From positions 2,112,001 to 2,176,000 of the forward strand of contig OZ253564.1 in the NCBI GenBank assembly GCA_965262915.1: 64,000 bases of DNA, given 5' to 3'. A program made the position numbers and the translations under genes. The number at the start of each line of letters is the position of its first letter. The first letter of the stretch is position 1. The notes below the pieces were generated by a model. It did no database searches. It was given only the letters and a program-made list of their open reading frames with translations, and was not told the DNA's origin. Source of the stretch: Candidatus Spongiisociaceae bacterium (GTDB taxonomy: Bacteria > Actinomycetota > Acidimicrobiia > Spongiisociales > Spongiisociaceae). Positions 9,118-19,465 of this stretch are shown here, one piece after another.

Positions 9118-10872
9118 ATGGAGAGGAAAAGGACCGGGCGGTTTGTCACGCGCTCCACCGACATCCGTCTTCTGACGATCGCCCTGTTCTTCGTGGCGGC
9201 TTGGGCGACCATCGGCTACCAGCTCTACAAGGTCCAAGTGGTGGATGCGGCAGAGTACACGGCTGCCGCGGAGAGGCAGCGGGTCCGGGTCGAAGAGACC
9301 GCGGCAGCCCGGGGGACGATCTACGACCGCCAGGGTCGGGAACTGGCCATCAGCATCGAGTCACACTCGATCTATGCCAACCCCAAACAGGTGGTCGACC
9401 CGGGTTCCACCGCACTGATACTGAGCAGCCTGCTCGAGTTGGACATCGGCCGGTTGCGGGAGAAGCTCACCTCCGGCGGCACGTTCGTGTTCCTGGCCCG
9501 CCAGGTCGAGCCGGAGCAAGCCGGCGAGGTGGAGGCACTGGACCTTCCCGGTATCCACTTCCTGAAGGAGCCCAAGCGTGTGTACCCTTCCGGTGCCCTA
9601 GCCGCCCATGCGGTGGGCTTCGTCAACATTGACTCGAAAGGCATCGAAGGACTGGAAGCCCAGTACGACGACCTGCTCACCGGCACCCCCGGGCGTGTCC
9701 TGGCCGAGCGGGCGGCAGGCGGCCAGGTGATCCCGCACGGTCGCCACGAGGTACAGCCCGCCGTCCCCGGGGCTGATCTCATAGTATCGATCGATCGCGA
9801 GATCCAGTTCATGGCCCATCGGGCATGTGTGGACACGCTGCTGCGGGCGGATGCCCAGAGATGTACCGTCGTGGCGCTGGATCCGGCGACCTTCGAGATC
9901 CTGGCCATGGCGGTCGTTCCATCGTTCGACCCGTCCCACCGCTCCGATCTGGACATCTCCAGCGGGATACTCACCAACACCGCGGTTCGCTCTCTATACG
10001 AGCCGGGCTCCACCCAGAAAGCCGTCACCGTGTCGGCTGCCCTCGAGGAGGGTGTGGTCGAATGGGATACCCAGTACCTGGTTCAGGACCAGATCGAGGT
10101 GGTGGACGGCGCCTGCGACGACGGGGTGGAGGAGGTCTTCGGGTGCTTCAGCGACTTCAGCCCGCACCCGCCCGAGGTGATGACCGTGAAGGACTGCGTG
10201 CGGTTCTCCTCCAACGTGTGCACGGTAAAGATCGGACAGGATCTGGGGAAGGATGATCTGGCCGTTTACCTGGACGCCTTTGGATACGGGCGGCCCACCG
10301 GTATCGATTACCCGGGAGAAGCCCGGGGAACGGTCAACCTCCCCAAAGGATGCCCCACATGTCCGGCTTCTGCTTCGATCGGCTATTCCCTCTCGGTGTC
10401 TCCGCTACAGATGGCAACGGTGTATGCCACCATCGCCAACGGCGGTGTGCTGATGGAGCCTCGGCTGGTCACCGGGGTCGTGGATGGCAGCGGATTGAAT
10501 CGTCAGCCGCCGACGCCGTCGAAACGGATTCTCTCCGAGGCCACGGCCCGGCAGGTCCGCCTGATGCTGAAGACCGTGGTGGACGGTGGGACCGGGGCGC
10601 GGGCTGCTGTCCCCGGCTACACGGTGGGTGGAAAAACCGGCACCACCCGCAAGTTCGACGACAGCCTGGGGATCTATACGGATGATTACGTAGCCAGTTT
10701 CGTCGGGATGGCGCCCGTCGGCAACCCGCGCCTCGTCATAGCGGTCGTGGTGGACTCGCCCCGGGTAGGTGAGACGGTCTTCGACCGTACGGGTGGCGTG
10801 GTCGCCGCGCCCCTGTTCGCCGAGATCATGGAGGGGTCACTCCACCAGATGGGGGTCAGGCCAGATGTTTGA
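9118..10872 (+). CDS. ftsI: Class B penicillin-binding protein FtsI
   Basis: RGTIYDR, RVYP, EPGSTQK (SxxK), SSN, GKTGT. Confidence 0.95.
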   Translation: MERKRTGRFVTRSTDIRLLTIALFFVAAWATIGYQLYKVQVVDAAEYTAAAERQRVRVEETAAARGTIYDRQGRELAISIESHSIYANPKQVVDPGSTALILSSLLELDIGRLREKLTSGGTFVFLARQVEPEQAGEVEALDLPGIHFLKEPKRVYPSGALAAHAVGFVNIDSKGIEGLEAQYDDLLTGTPGRVLAERAAGGQVIPHGRHEVQPAVPGADLIVSIDREIQFMAHRACVDTLLRADAQRCTVVALDPATFEILAMAVVPSFDPSHRSDLDISSGILTNTAVRSLYEPGSTQKAVTVSAALEEGVVEWDTQYLVQDQIEVVDGACDDGVEEVFGCFSDFSPHPPEVMTVKDCVRFSSNVCTVKIGQDLGKDDLAVYLDAFGYGRPTGIDYPGEARGTVNLPKGCPTCPASASIGYSLSVSPLQMATVYATIANGGVLMEPRLVTGVVDGSGLNRQPPTPSKRILSEATARQVRLMLKTVVDGGTGARAAVPGYTVGGKTGTTRKFDDSLGIYTDDYVASFVGMAPVGNPRLVIAVVVDSPRVGETVFDRTGGVVAAPLFAEIMEGSLHQMGVRPDV

Positions 10873-12322
10873 TGCAACGGTGAAACTGATCGCCGTATCC
10901 GACTGCGTCAACGGCGAACTGCGAGGTGACGGGGCCGTCGAGGTCTCCGACGTTGCTCACGACAGCCGCGAGGTCCGAAGGGACAGCCTGTTCACTGCTA
11001 TCCGGGGTCTGCGGGCCGATGGGCACGCCCACGTCGAGGAGGCAGCCCACCGGGGCGCGGCGGCGGCGCTGGTGGAGGAGTTCGTACCCGTGCCGATATC
11101 GCAGATAAGGGTGCCCGACACGCGTCGGGCGCTCGGCCCGGCGGCGGCGCTCGTGCACGGCGACCCGTCGCGGGATCTGGATGTGATCGGTGTCACCGGT
11201 ACGAACGGAAAGACCACGGTCACCGCGATGATCGAGTCCATCGCCTCCGCGGCCGCCCGGCCCTTCGGAAGGGTGGGCACCCTCGGAGCCGAGATCCTGG
11301 GCGACCACGAGCCGCTTTCTCGCACCACCCCCGAGGGATCCGACCTGCAACGCCTGCTCCGGAGGATGGCCGGCCGGGGCGTCTCGCTGGTCGCAATGGA
11401 GGTCTCGTCCCATGCCCTGGCTCTCAACCGGGTGGACGGGACATCGTTCGCGGTGGCGGCGTTCACCAACCTATCCCAGGATCATCTCGACTTCCATGAC
11501 GACATGGAGGAGTACTTCACCGCCAAGCAGAGGCTCTTCGACGGGCGCGCATCCATTCACGTGATCGATGTCACCGATCCTGCGGGACGTCGGCTGGCGC
11601 GAACGGCGCCGGGCCGTGTCGTTACTGTCGGTGTCGGCGAGGATCATGATGTTCCTGTCCTCACCGCCGATACAGACCTGCAGGGTTCGCGGTTCACTTG
11701 CCGGCTACGTGGCACAGAGACCACGTTGGTGGTCAGGCCCGGCGGTCTCCATAACGTGCGCAACGCCGCGGTGGCGGCCGCCTGTGCCCTGGAGGTGGGA
11801 ATCGGCACAGGTGACGTAGCGGAGGGTCTTGCGGCGGTCGAGCGGATCCGGGGACGACTCGACCCGGTGGAGGTGGGACAGCCGTTCACTGTTCTGGTCG
11901 ACTACGCCCATACGCCGGAGGCGGTCGAATCGGTGGTGGATACGGCGCTCGACCATTGCGGGGGGTCGGTCATCGTAGTGGTCGGGGCAGCCGGCGAGCG
12001 CGATCCTGCCAAGCGACCCCTCCTGGGCGCCGCCGCAGCCCGGGCCAATCTGGCCGTGATCACCTCGGACAATCCCCGCTCGGAGGATCCGGTCACTCTG
12101 GTCGACGAGGTCATGGCCGGGACCTCGGGCGGTCGGGCTGAGGTGACCGGGGTGGTGGACCGGGCATCGGCCATACAACTGGCCCTTCAACGAGCCCGGC
12201 CGGGCGACGCGGTTCTGATACTCGGAAAGGGGCACGAGCAAGAACAGGATCTGGGTGACGAGGTCGTACCGTTCGACGATTGGACGGTGGCGGCTTCCCA
12301 CCTTCGGGCCAGATGGTCATAG
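10865..12322 (+). CDS. murE: UDP-MurNAc-dipeptide:DAP ligase
   Basis: GVTGTNGKTT, TTPE, MEVSSH, DHLDFH, DYAHTP, DNPR (DAP-type), GKGHE. Confidence 0.95.
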   Translation: MFDATVKLIAVSDCVNGELRGDGAVEVSDVAHDSREVRRDSLFTAIRGLRADGHAHVEEAAHRGAAAALVEEFVPVPISQIRVPDTRRALGPAAALVHGDPSRDLDVIGVTGTNGKTTVTAMIESIASAAARPFGRVGTLGAEILGDHEPLSRTTPEGSDLQRLLRRMAGRGVSLVAMEVSSHALALNRVDGTSFAVAAFTNLSQDHLDFHDDMEEYFTAKQRLFDGRASIHVIDVTDPAGRRLARTAPGRVVTVGVGEDHDVPVLTADTDLQGSRFTCRLRGTETTLVVRPGGLHNVRNAAVAAACALEVGIGTGDVAEGLAAVERIRGRLDPVEVGQPFTVLVDYAHTPEAVESVVDTALDHCGGSVIVVVGAAGERDPAKRPLLGAAAARANLAVITSDNPRSEDPVTLVDEVMAGTSGGRAEVTGVVDRASAIQLALQRARPGDAVLILGKGHEQEQDLGDEVVPFDDWTVAASHLRARWS

Positions 12323-12509
12323 AGGGTGCGCGGATAGGTGCTCAATGGGGAGACACAGCATGCGACAGTTCATGAGAGGACATCGATGAACAGGGGTTTC
12401 CCGAGCAGCGGCCGATCAGGGAGTGATCGCACGGGACGATCGCGCTCCGCCTATCCGCGCACCCTCATGGCGCTACGCCGGCGGGAGGCCAGATGAGGGA
12501 GGGATCGCC

Positions 12510-13585
12510 GTGATCACCATGCTCTTCGCGGGGAGCGTGGCCTTCGCGGTCGCCATCTTCGGAACGGCGTACGCCATCCGGCTCTTCCGCGCCTGGAACA
12601 TCGGCCAGTTCATCCAGGAGGAACTCGAGGGTCATATGCACAAGCGGGGGACCCCCACCATGGGAGGGATCGTCATCATCCTGGCGGTGGTAGCCGGATA
12701 CGGTGCATCCCATCTCCGGGTCCGGTTGCAGGACGGCGGGATCGAGTGGGCGGCCAGGGAGTTCTACTCCCCCGGGCTGCTGGCCATCGGGGCGATCGTC
12801 GGAATGGGGATCGTCGGTTTTATCGACGACTACCAGAAACTATCCCGCTTCCGCAACCAGGGCCTGGGCATAGCGGCCAAGTTCATCGGCCAGCTGGCGG
12901 TGGCCGGGTTCTTCGCGTGGGGGGCGGTGGCGTCCGGTACTTCCACCGCCATCGGCTTCACCCGCCCGACCTCGTTGGATCTGGGGGCCGGCCTGTTCGC
13001 GGTGTGGGTGCTGCTGATGCTGACCGGATTCGCCAACGCGGTCAATTTCACCGACGGTCTCGACGGGCTGGCGTCGGGATCGACTGCACTGGTCGCCGCC
13101 GCATACATGATCATCGCCTTCTGGATCTTCCGGCACCCCGACTTCTACCAGGTCGAGGGAAGCCTGGCTCTGGCATCGGTGGCATCCGCCATGCTGGGCG
13201 CGACGCTCGGCTTCCTCTGGTGGAACGCGGCCCCCGCCCGGATCATCATGGGCGATGTGGGCTCCCAGGCGCTCGGCGGGGGATGGCAGCCCTCGCCCTC
13301 CTCACCAACACCCACTTGCTGCTGGTGATCATCGGTGGGCTGTACGTGGTCGAGACGGTCTCGGTGATCGTCCAGGTGGCGGGGTTCAGGTGGTTCGGTG
13401 GCCGGAGGGTCTTCCGTATGGCCCCGATACATCATCACTTCGAGATGAAGGACTGGCCGGAGACCACCATCATCACGCGCTTCTGGATACTGGCCGCGAT
13501 CGGAGTCGCGCTGGGACTCGGACTGTTCTACGGTGACTTCCTGGCCGGTGGCGGTGTGGACGGTGTGGCAGGGGGGATCGGATGA
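12510..13585 (+). CDS. mraY: Phospho-MurNAc-pentapeptide transferase, split by a frameshift at about 13280
   Basis: KRGTPTMGG, GFIDD, NAVNFTDGLDGL, MGDVGS in one frame; FRMAPIHHHFE in the other; break falls in a G5 run at 13278-13282. Confidence 0.9.
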
Positions 13586-14913
13586 GGGCGCTGGTGTTGG
13601 GCGCCGCGGTGTCGGGCCGAGCGGCCTCGAGGCTCCTGGCGCGCATGGATGTGGACCATGCGGTCTACGACCGGCGTCCCGACGCCCTCCGGCCACTGGC
13701 CTCGTCCGGGGTCGAGACGGTCGGGGGTGAGTGGGATGCGTCCCTTCTCGCGGGGATCGACCTGGTGGTCACCAGTCCGGGATTCAGTCCCTCCTCCGTC
13801 CCGGTGAGGGCGGCCGAGGAGGCAGGGATACCCGTATGGAGCGAAGTGGAACTGGGCCTTCGCAGGCTCGAGTCCCCGGTACTGGCGGTGACCGGTACCA
13901 ACGGGAAGACCACCGTGGTGGAGCAGGCAACCGAGATGCTCCGGGCGTCGGGTATCAGGGCGGTTGCGGCGGGCAACATCGGCTTGGCGGTGAGCGACAT
14001 AGCACTCGATGACTGGGAAGTGGTGGTTCTCGAGGTATCCAGCTTCCAACTGGAACATTGCTATTCCCTGGCGCCCGGGGTGGCGGTTCTCGTCAACGTA
14101 GCTGCCGATCACCTCGATTGGCACGGGTCGTTGGCCGCCTACCGGGCGGCCAAGGCCAGGATCTTCCGGCGCCTGGCCGACGATGCCCTGCTCGTATATG
14201 ACGCCGACGACCCGGGCGCCGCGGCTCTGGCCGCCGGTGCTCCCGGACGCAAGGCACCCGTTGCCGGCTCCAACGGCGTTCCGGGACGGGGTTTCGGGGT
14301 GGGGCCGGAAGGCCTGATGCTTCCCGGTGGAACGATACCCCTGGACCGGATGCCCGTCGTGGACCCCGCGTACCGTGTCAACCTGACGGCGGCGGCGGTG
14401 GCCGCGATGGAGATGGGAGCCCGTCTCGGGCCGGTGGGCCGCGTCGTGGCCGGATTCCGGCATCGGGCCCACCGTCGGAAGGTGGTGGCGGAATGGGACG
14501 GTGTGACCTGGGTCGATGACTCCAAGGCCACCAATCCGCATGCCGCGCTGGCGGCGATTCGCTGGTACCCGTCGGTGGTGTTGATCGCGGGAGGGCGTAA
14601 CAAGGGCCTCGATCTGGCGCCCCTGGCGACCGTTCCCAACGTGCGATTCCTGGTCGCCATCGGCGAATCGGGTCCCGAGTTGTTGAGCCGGGTGGCGGGG
14701 CGTCCCGGCTACCTGGCCGGATCCATGGAGGAGGCGGTCGCCGTGGCCGGTGACCGGGCCGTGGCTGGGGATACCGTTCTGCTGTCGCCGGGTTGTTCCA
14801 GCTTCGACATGTTCAGCTCGTATCAGGAACGGGGAGCCGCGTTCGGTCGCTTGGTTCGGGAGCGCATCCGCGAAGCTCGCGGGGTCGGGAGCGGGAGGGA
14901 GGCTTCCGGATGA
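13582..14913 (+). CDS. murD: UDP-MurNAc-L-Ala:D-Glu ligase
   Basis: SPG, GTNGKTT, GNIG, EVSSFQL, DHLDWH, DDSKATN, LLSPGCSSFD. Confidence 0.95.
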   Translation: MRALVLGAAVSGRAASRLLARMDVDHAVYDRRPDALRPLASSGVETVGGEWDASLLAGIDLVVTSPGFSPSSVPVRAAEEAGIPVWSEVELGLRRLESPVLAVTGTNGKTTVVEQATEMLRASGIRAVAAGNIGLAVSDIALDDWEVVVLEVSSFQLEHCYSLAPGVAVLVNVAADHLDWHGSLAAYRAAKARIFRRLADDALLVYDADDPGAAALAAGAPGRKAPVAGSNGVPGRGFGVGPEGLMLPGGTIPLDRMPVVDPAYRVNLTAAAVAAMEMGARLGPVGRVVAGFRHRAHRRKVVAEWDGVTWVDDSKATNPHAALAAIRWYPSVVLIAGGRNKGLDLAPLATVPNVRFLVAIGESGPELLSRVAGRPGYLAGSMEEAVAVAGDRAVAGDTVLLSPGCSSFDMFSSYQERGAAFGRLVRERIREARGVGSGREASG

Positions 14914-16097
14914 CAGCGCGAGTGACCTCCATCACCCACCTGCGGGAGAGGGCACGCCAGCGCGACCAGGTTGCTCTCGCTAGGTCCCGCGTGGTCATCT
15001 TCATACTGGTGCTGGTGGGTCTCCTCCTGGTGGTGGGTCTCGGAGCTACGTTGTCGGCGTCGTCGGTGGAGGGAATACTCGGTCAGTCCGATCGGCTGGC
15101 GGTATTCAAGCGGCAGTCTCGATGGGTGGCGGTCGGGATAGTGGCACTGTTCTTTACGATCCGCACTCCGTACGAGTGGTACCGGCGCGCCGCGGTCTGG
15201 ATACTGGGGATCTCGACCCTCGGCCTGCTCCTGGTTCCGGTGTTCGGGGTAACCCGGGGGGGAGCGCAGCGGTGGCTGCAGGTCGGCTCGGTGACCATGC
15301 AGCCTTCCGAATTCGCCAAGCTGGGCGTCGTGGTGTTCCTGGCATCGTTACTCACGCAGCGAAGGGAGCGCCTGGGGGACTTGCAACACGTGCTGGGTCC
15401 TGTCCTGGCGTCGGTGGGCGTAACGTGTGCGCTGGTAGTCATCCAACCGGATCTCGGTACTGCCATCATCATCGCCGGTGCCGGGGGGGCGCTGGTGCTG
15501 GCTTCCGGCGTTCCCATGAGGTACGTCTTCGCGGGTGGGGCGCTCGCGGGCCTTCTGGCTGCCTTCTCCACCCTTGCCTACTCGTACCGGCGTGAGCGCT
15601 TTGCCTGCTTCCTGGATCCGCTCGCCGACCAACTCGGTAGCTGCTTCCAGCTGGCCCAGAGTCTGATGGCGCTCGGCAGCGGCAACCTAATGGGGGTGGG
15701 TCTGGGCGCGTCGAGGGCTCGGTGGGCCTTCCTTCCCAATGCCCATACCGACTTCATATTCACCATCATCGCCGAGGAAACCGGGTTTGTCGGCGCGATC
15801 GGTCTCCTCATGGCTCTGGCAGGCTTGTCGCTGGCGGGGATATGGATCGCGTACCGGACCACCGACATGTTCGCCCGGTTGCTGGCCAGCGGAATAACGG
15901 CCTGGTTGGGTGTGCAGTCCATCGTCAATGTGGGGGGTGTGGTAGGGGTGATTCCCGTAACCGGGCTGGCTCTTCCCTTCGTCTCGGTCGGGGGTAGCGC
16001 GATGGTGGCTGCCATGGCCGGAGTCGGCATCCTGGTCAACATAGCCCGGACAGCCCCGCATGCATCCGACGAGCGGGAGGAAGGGTCGCCGCGATGA
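14910..16097 (+). CDS. ftsW: SEDS protein FtsW
   Basis: GAQRW, QPSEFAK, QPDLGT, LPNAHTDFIF, LPFVSVGGS. Confidence 0.95.
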   Translation: MTARVTSITHLRERARQRDQVALARSRVVIFILVLVGLLLVVGLGATLSASSVEGILGQSDRLAVFKRQSRWVAVGIVALFFTIRTPYEWYRRAAVWILGISTLGLLLVPVFGVTRGGAQRWLQVGSVTMQPSEFAKLGVVVFLASLLTQRRERLGDLQHVLGPVLASVGVTCALVVIQPDLGTAIIIAGAGGALVLASGVPMRYVFAGGALAGLLAAFSTLAYSYRRERFACFLDPLADQLGSCFQLAQSLMALGSGNLMGVGLGASRARWAFLPNAHTDFIFTIIAEETGFVGAIGLLMALAGLSLAGIWIAYRTTDMFARLLASGITAWLGVQSIVNVGGVVGVIPVTGLALPFVSVGGSAMVAAMAGVGILVNIARTAPHASDEREEGSPR

Positions 16098-17179
16098 CCT
16101 ACGCGATAGCCGCGGCCGGCACGGGTGGACACATCTTCCCCGGATTGGCCGTGGCCGAGCAGTTGGTCGCGGCGGGCGTGGACAAGAGCCGGATCCTCTT
16201 TCTCGGCGGTGACCGGATGGAGGCGGATCTCATTCCACGAGAGGGATTCCCATTCGTCCGGCTCGAGCTCCAGGGTCTGGTGCGGCGCCTCTCGGGCCGC
16301 AACCTCCGGCTGCCCATGGTCGTCTGGAGAGCCGCCCGGAGGGCCGAGCGCGAGTTGAGAGCACGGCGGGTAGGTTCCGTGCTCTGCACGGGGGGCTACG
16401 TCACGGTACCGGTGGCGGTGGCCGCCAAGCGTACGGGAGCGGCCCTCTACCTGCACGAGCAGAACGTCGAGGCGGGCTTGGCCAACCGCCTGGCCGGGCG
16501 GTTGGCGGATTGCTCGTTCGTGTCGTTTCCGGGTACCCGCGGGCTGGACGGGGAGGTGGTCGGCTATCCGATGCGAGCTTCCCTGGCCTCCCTCGACACG
16601 TGCTCCACCCGCCCGGCGGCGCTCGAGCGGTACGGGTTGTCCCATGACCGCCCCACGATCGGGGTCATGGGAGGAAGTCTGGGGGCGAGTGCGATCAACG
16701 GGGCCGTGACCCGGCTCTCCGCCGGTTGGGAGGGCGATCCCGTGCAAATCGTCCATCTGGTTGGCGCCTCCCATCGGAACAGAGTATCGGTGGAGGTGGA
16801 TGCGTCGTCGGTGACCAGGGTGGTGGTGGGGTTCGAGGACCGGATGGACATGTTCTACTCGGCTTGCGATCTGGTGGTCGCCCGAGCAGGAGGTGGCCTC
16901 ATGGAGGCTGCCGCCACCGCTACCCCGACGGTCCTGGTTCCGGGTTCATTCGGAGGTCGTCACCAGCTGGGCAACGCAGAGGCGATGGTGGAGGCCGGGG
17001 CGGCTCTGGTTCTTCAGGAATCCGACCTGGGTTCACTGGGGGAGGTGTTGACCGGTCTCCTGGCCGACGTGGAGCGTCGGCAGCGGATGGGCACTGCCGC
17101 CTTGTCGGCCGTGAAGCCGGGCGCGGCGGCCAAGATTGCTTCCGCGATGCTGGAGAGCACCTATGCGGGTTCTCGATGA
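16094..17179 (+). CDS. murG: Lipid II GlcNAc transferase
   Basis: GTGGHIFP, GGYV, HEQN, GGSLGA, HQLGNA. Confidence 0.95.
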   Translation: MTYAIAAAGTGGHIFPGLAVAEQLVAAGVDKSRILFLGGDRMEADLIPREGFPFVRLELQGLVRRLSGRNLRLPMVVWRAARRAERELRARRVGSVLCTGGYVTVPVAVAAKRTGAALYLHEQNVEAGLANRLAGRLADCSFVSFPGTRGLDGEVVGYPMRASLASLDTCSTRPAALERYGLSHDRPTIGVMGGSLGASAINGAVTRLSAGWEGDPVQIVHLVGASHRNRVSVEVDASSVTRVVVGFEDRMDMFYSACDLVVARAGGGLMEAAATATPTVLVPGSFGGRHQLGNAEAMVEAGAALVLQESDLGSLGEVLTGLLADVERRQRMGTAALSAVKPGAAAKIASAMLESTYAGSR

Positions 17180-18527
17180 GCCGGGCCGTATCCATGTAGT
17201 CGGGGCCGGCGGAGCGGGCATGGGTCCGCTGGCCAAACTACTGGCGGCCATGGGACACGCGGTATCGGGTTCCGATCTGCATTCCGGTCCAGGACTTGCC
17301 GGCTTGGAGAGGCACGGTATCGAGACATGGGAAGGTAGCCGGCCGGCCCGGATGGCCGCCTGTGACCTGGTGGTGACCTCCTCGGCGGTTCCCGCCGGTG
17401 ACCCCGAGCTGGTGGGGGCGGCCCGAGCCGGTGTGACCGTGTGGAAGCGGCCCCGGCTGCTGGAGGAGATAACCGCCCGCACGCCCACCATCGGCGCCAC
17501 CGGCACCCATGGGAAGACGACTTCGACCGCCCTGGCGATAGCCGCAACCAGAACTCTCGGTCTCGATCCTTCTTTCATCGTGGGCGGCGACCTCGTGGAT
17601 CCGCCCACCAACGCCCATCTGGGGACCGACGACCTGCTGGTGCTCGAGGCGGACGAAGCGTTCGGAACCTTCATCCGCCTGACGTACCGTGCTCTGCTGG
17701 TTACGAACGTGGATACCGACCATCTGGATCACTACGGCAGCCGGGAACTCCTCGATCGGGCCTTCGCGGATGTGGTCGAGAGAGTGGAAGGTCCTGTGGT
17801 GGTGGGTATGGACGATCCGGGTGGGCAGGAGTTGGCCCGACGGACCGGGCGTCCCGGATACGGAACGTCGGACGAGGCGGACTGGCGGATTCTCGATGTG
17901 GTTCCCGGTCCCGGGAAGGTGTCTTTCCGGCTCGGTGGAAGGTTCCGTCCCACCGAGGTCACGGTGGGACGTCCGGGCTTGCATACGGCCCGCAACGCCT
18001 GCGGCGTGCTCGCCTTGCTCGCCGAACTGGGATACGACCCTGCCGAGGCGGCCCGGGGACTGGTGTCCTTCGGAGGTGTCAGGCGGAGGCTCGAACGCAG
18101 AGCGACGGTGGCGGGCGTGACCATCATCGACAGCTACGCCCACCACCCGGCGGAGGTTGCCGCCGATCTCGAGGCTCTGGCGCCGAGCGATCGGAACGAG
18201 CTATGGGTGGTTTTCCAGCCCCACCTCTATTCACGGACGCATGCGCTGGCGACCGAGTTCGGCTCGGCTCTGGCCGTCGGCGACCGGGTGGTGGTCACCG
18301 ATGTGTACGGGGCGCGCGAGGCGCCGGTCCCGGGGATCACCGGTGCGCTGGTGGCGGACGCCGCAAGCCTTCACGGAGCGACCGTGGACTACGTTCCGCA
18401 TCTCGGTGACGTGGCCTCCTTCCTAGCCGATCGGGTCGGGCCTGGAGATATGGTCCTGACGCTCGGCGCCGGCGACATCACAACGTTGCCGGACAGCCTG
18501 GCGAGTCTCCTCAGCGAGCGTGCATGA
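17163..18527 (+). CDS. murC: UDP-MurNAc:L-Ala ligase
   Basis: GAGGAGM, GTHGKTT, EADE, DHLDHY, YAHHP, FQPHLYSRT. Confidence 0.95.
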   Translation: MRVLDEPGRIHVVGAGGAGMGPLAKLLAAMGHAVSGSDLHSGPGLAGLERHGIETWEGSRPARMAACDLVVTSSAVPAGDPELVGAARAGVTVWKRPRLLEEITARTPTIGATGTHGKTTSTALAIAATRTLGLDPSFIVGGDLVDPPTNAHLGTDDLLVLEADEAFGTFIRLTYRALLVTNVDTDHLDHYGSRELLDRAFADVVERVEGPVVVGMDDPGGQELARRTGRPGYGTSDEADWRILDVVPGPGKVSFRLGGRFRPTEVTVGRPGLHTARNACGVLALLAELGYDPAEAARGLVSFGGVRRRLERRATVAGVTIIDSYAHHPAEVAADLEALAPSDRNELWVVFQPHLYSRTHALATEFGSALAVGDRVVVTDVYGAREAPVPGITGALVADAASLHGATVDYVPHLGDVASFLADRVGPGDMVLTLGAGDITTLPDSLASLLSERA

Positions 18528-19465
18528 CCAGGTGGAAGGCCCTTCGCGTCGGCGGGTACATCACCACCGGCGTCGATATGGGGAACCTCACCACTTACAA
18601 GCTCGGAGGGCCGGCGCGCTGGTTCTGCGAGGCCCGTTCGACCGAGATGGTTCGAGACGTGGTGAGGGCGGCTCGCGGACGAGGGGTAGACATCCTGGTC
18701 CTGGGGAGGGGGAGCAACCTGGTGATCTCGGATGCGGGTTTTTCGGGTCTCGTGATTCGTCTTGGAGGGCGATTCAGGGATGTGGACATCGATCGCCGGG
18801 CCGGGGTCGTGACCGCGGGGGCGGCGGTGGCGCTCCCGCTCCTGGCCCGCCGGACAGTGAGTGAGGGGCTCAGTGGACTGGAGTTCTATGTCGGTATTCC
18901 CGGTTCGATCGGAGGAGCGGTGGCGATGAACGCCGGGTTCTACGGCACCGAGACCGCCGATGTTCTCGTCTCCGCATCCATCCTGGACATCGGGTCCGGA
19001 TCGGTCGCCGATCGGGGAGCGGCCGATCTCGGATTCGGCTACCGCACCAGCAACGTCACGGATCGAGACCTGGTGCTCGGGGCGTCATTCTCGGTCGAGC
19101 CCGGCGAGGTCGACCGGATGTCGGCCCTCATGCGGGAAGCCATCCGGTGGCGGCGAGACAACCAGCCGGGCGGGACCCTCAACGCCGGAAGCGTATTCCG
19201 CAATCCTCCCGGTGACGCCGCGGGGCGCATCATCGACTCACTCGGTCTCAAGGGCATGCGGCGGGGAGGGGCCCATGTCTCGGTCCGCCATGCCAACTTC
19301 TTCGTCGCCGATCCGGGCGCGACTGCCCAGGATGTCCACGACCTGGTCGATGCGGTACGGGCGCGGGTCCGGGATGAGACCGGGATCCTGCTGGAACCGG
19401 AAGTGAGGTTCGCAGGGCGATTCCGCTCCGGTCCCGCCGGCGGGCGTGATAGGGCTCAACCGTGA
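18524..19465 (+). CDS. murB: UDP-N-acetylenolpyruvoylglucosamine reductase
   Basis: LGRGSN, GIPGSIGGAVAMNAG, GSVFRNP, HANF. Confidence 0.95.
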   Translation: MTRWKALRVGGYITTGVDMGNLTTYKLGGPARWFCEARSTEMVRDVVRAARGRGVDILVLGRGSNLVISDAGFSGLVIRLGGRFRDVDIDRRAGVVTAGAAVALPLLARRTVSEGLSGLEFYVGIPGSIGGAVAMNAGFYGTETADVLVSASILDIGSGSVADRGAADLGFGYRTSNVTDRDLVLGASFSVEPGEVDRMSALMREAIRWRRDNQPGGTLNAGSVFRNPPGDAAGRIIDSLGLKGMRRGGAHVSVRHANFFVADPGATAQDVHDLVDAVRARVRDETGILLEPEVRFAGRFRSGPAGGRDRAQP

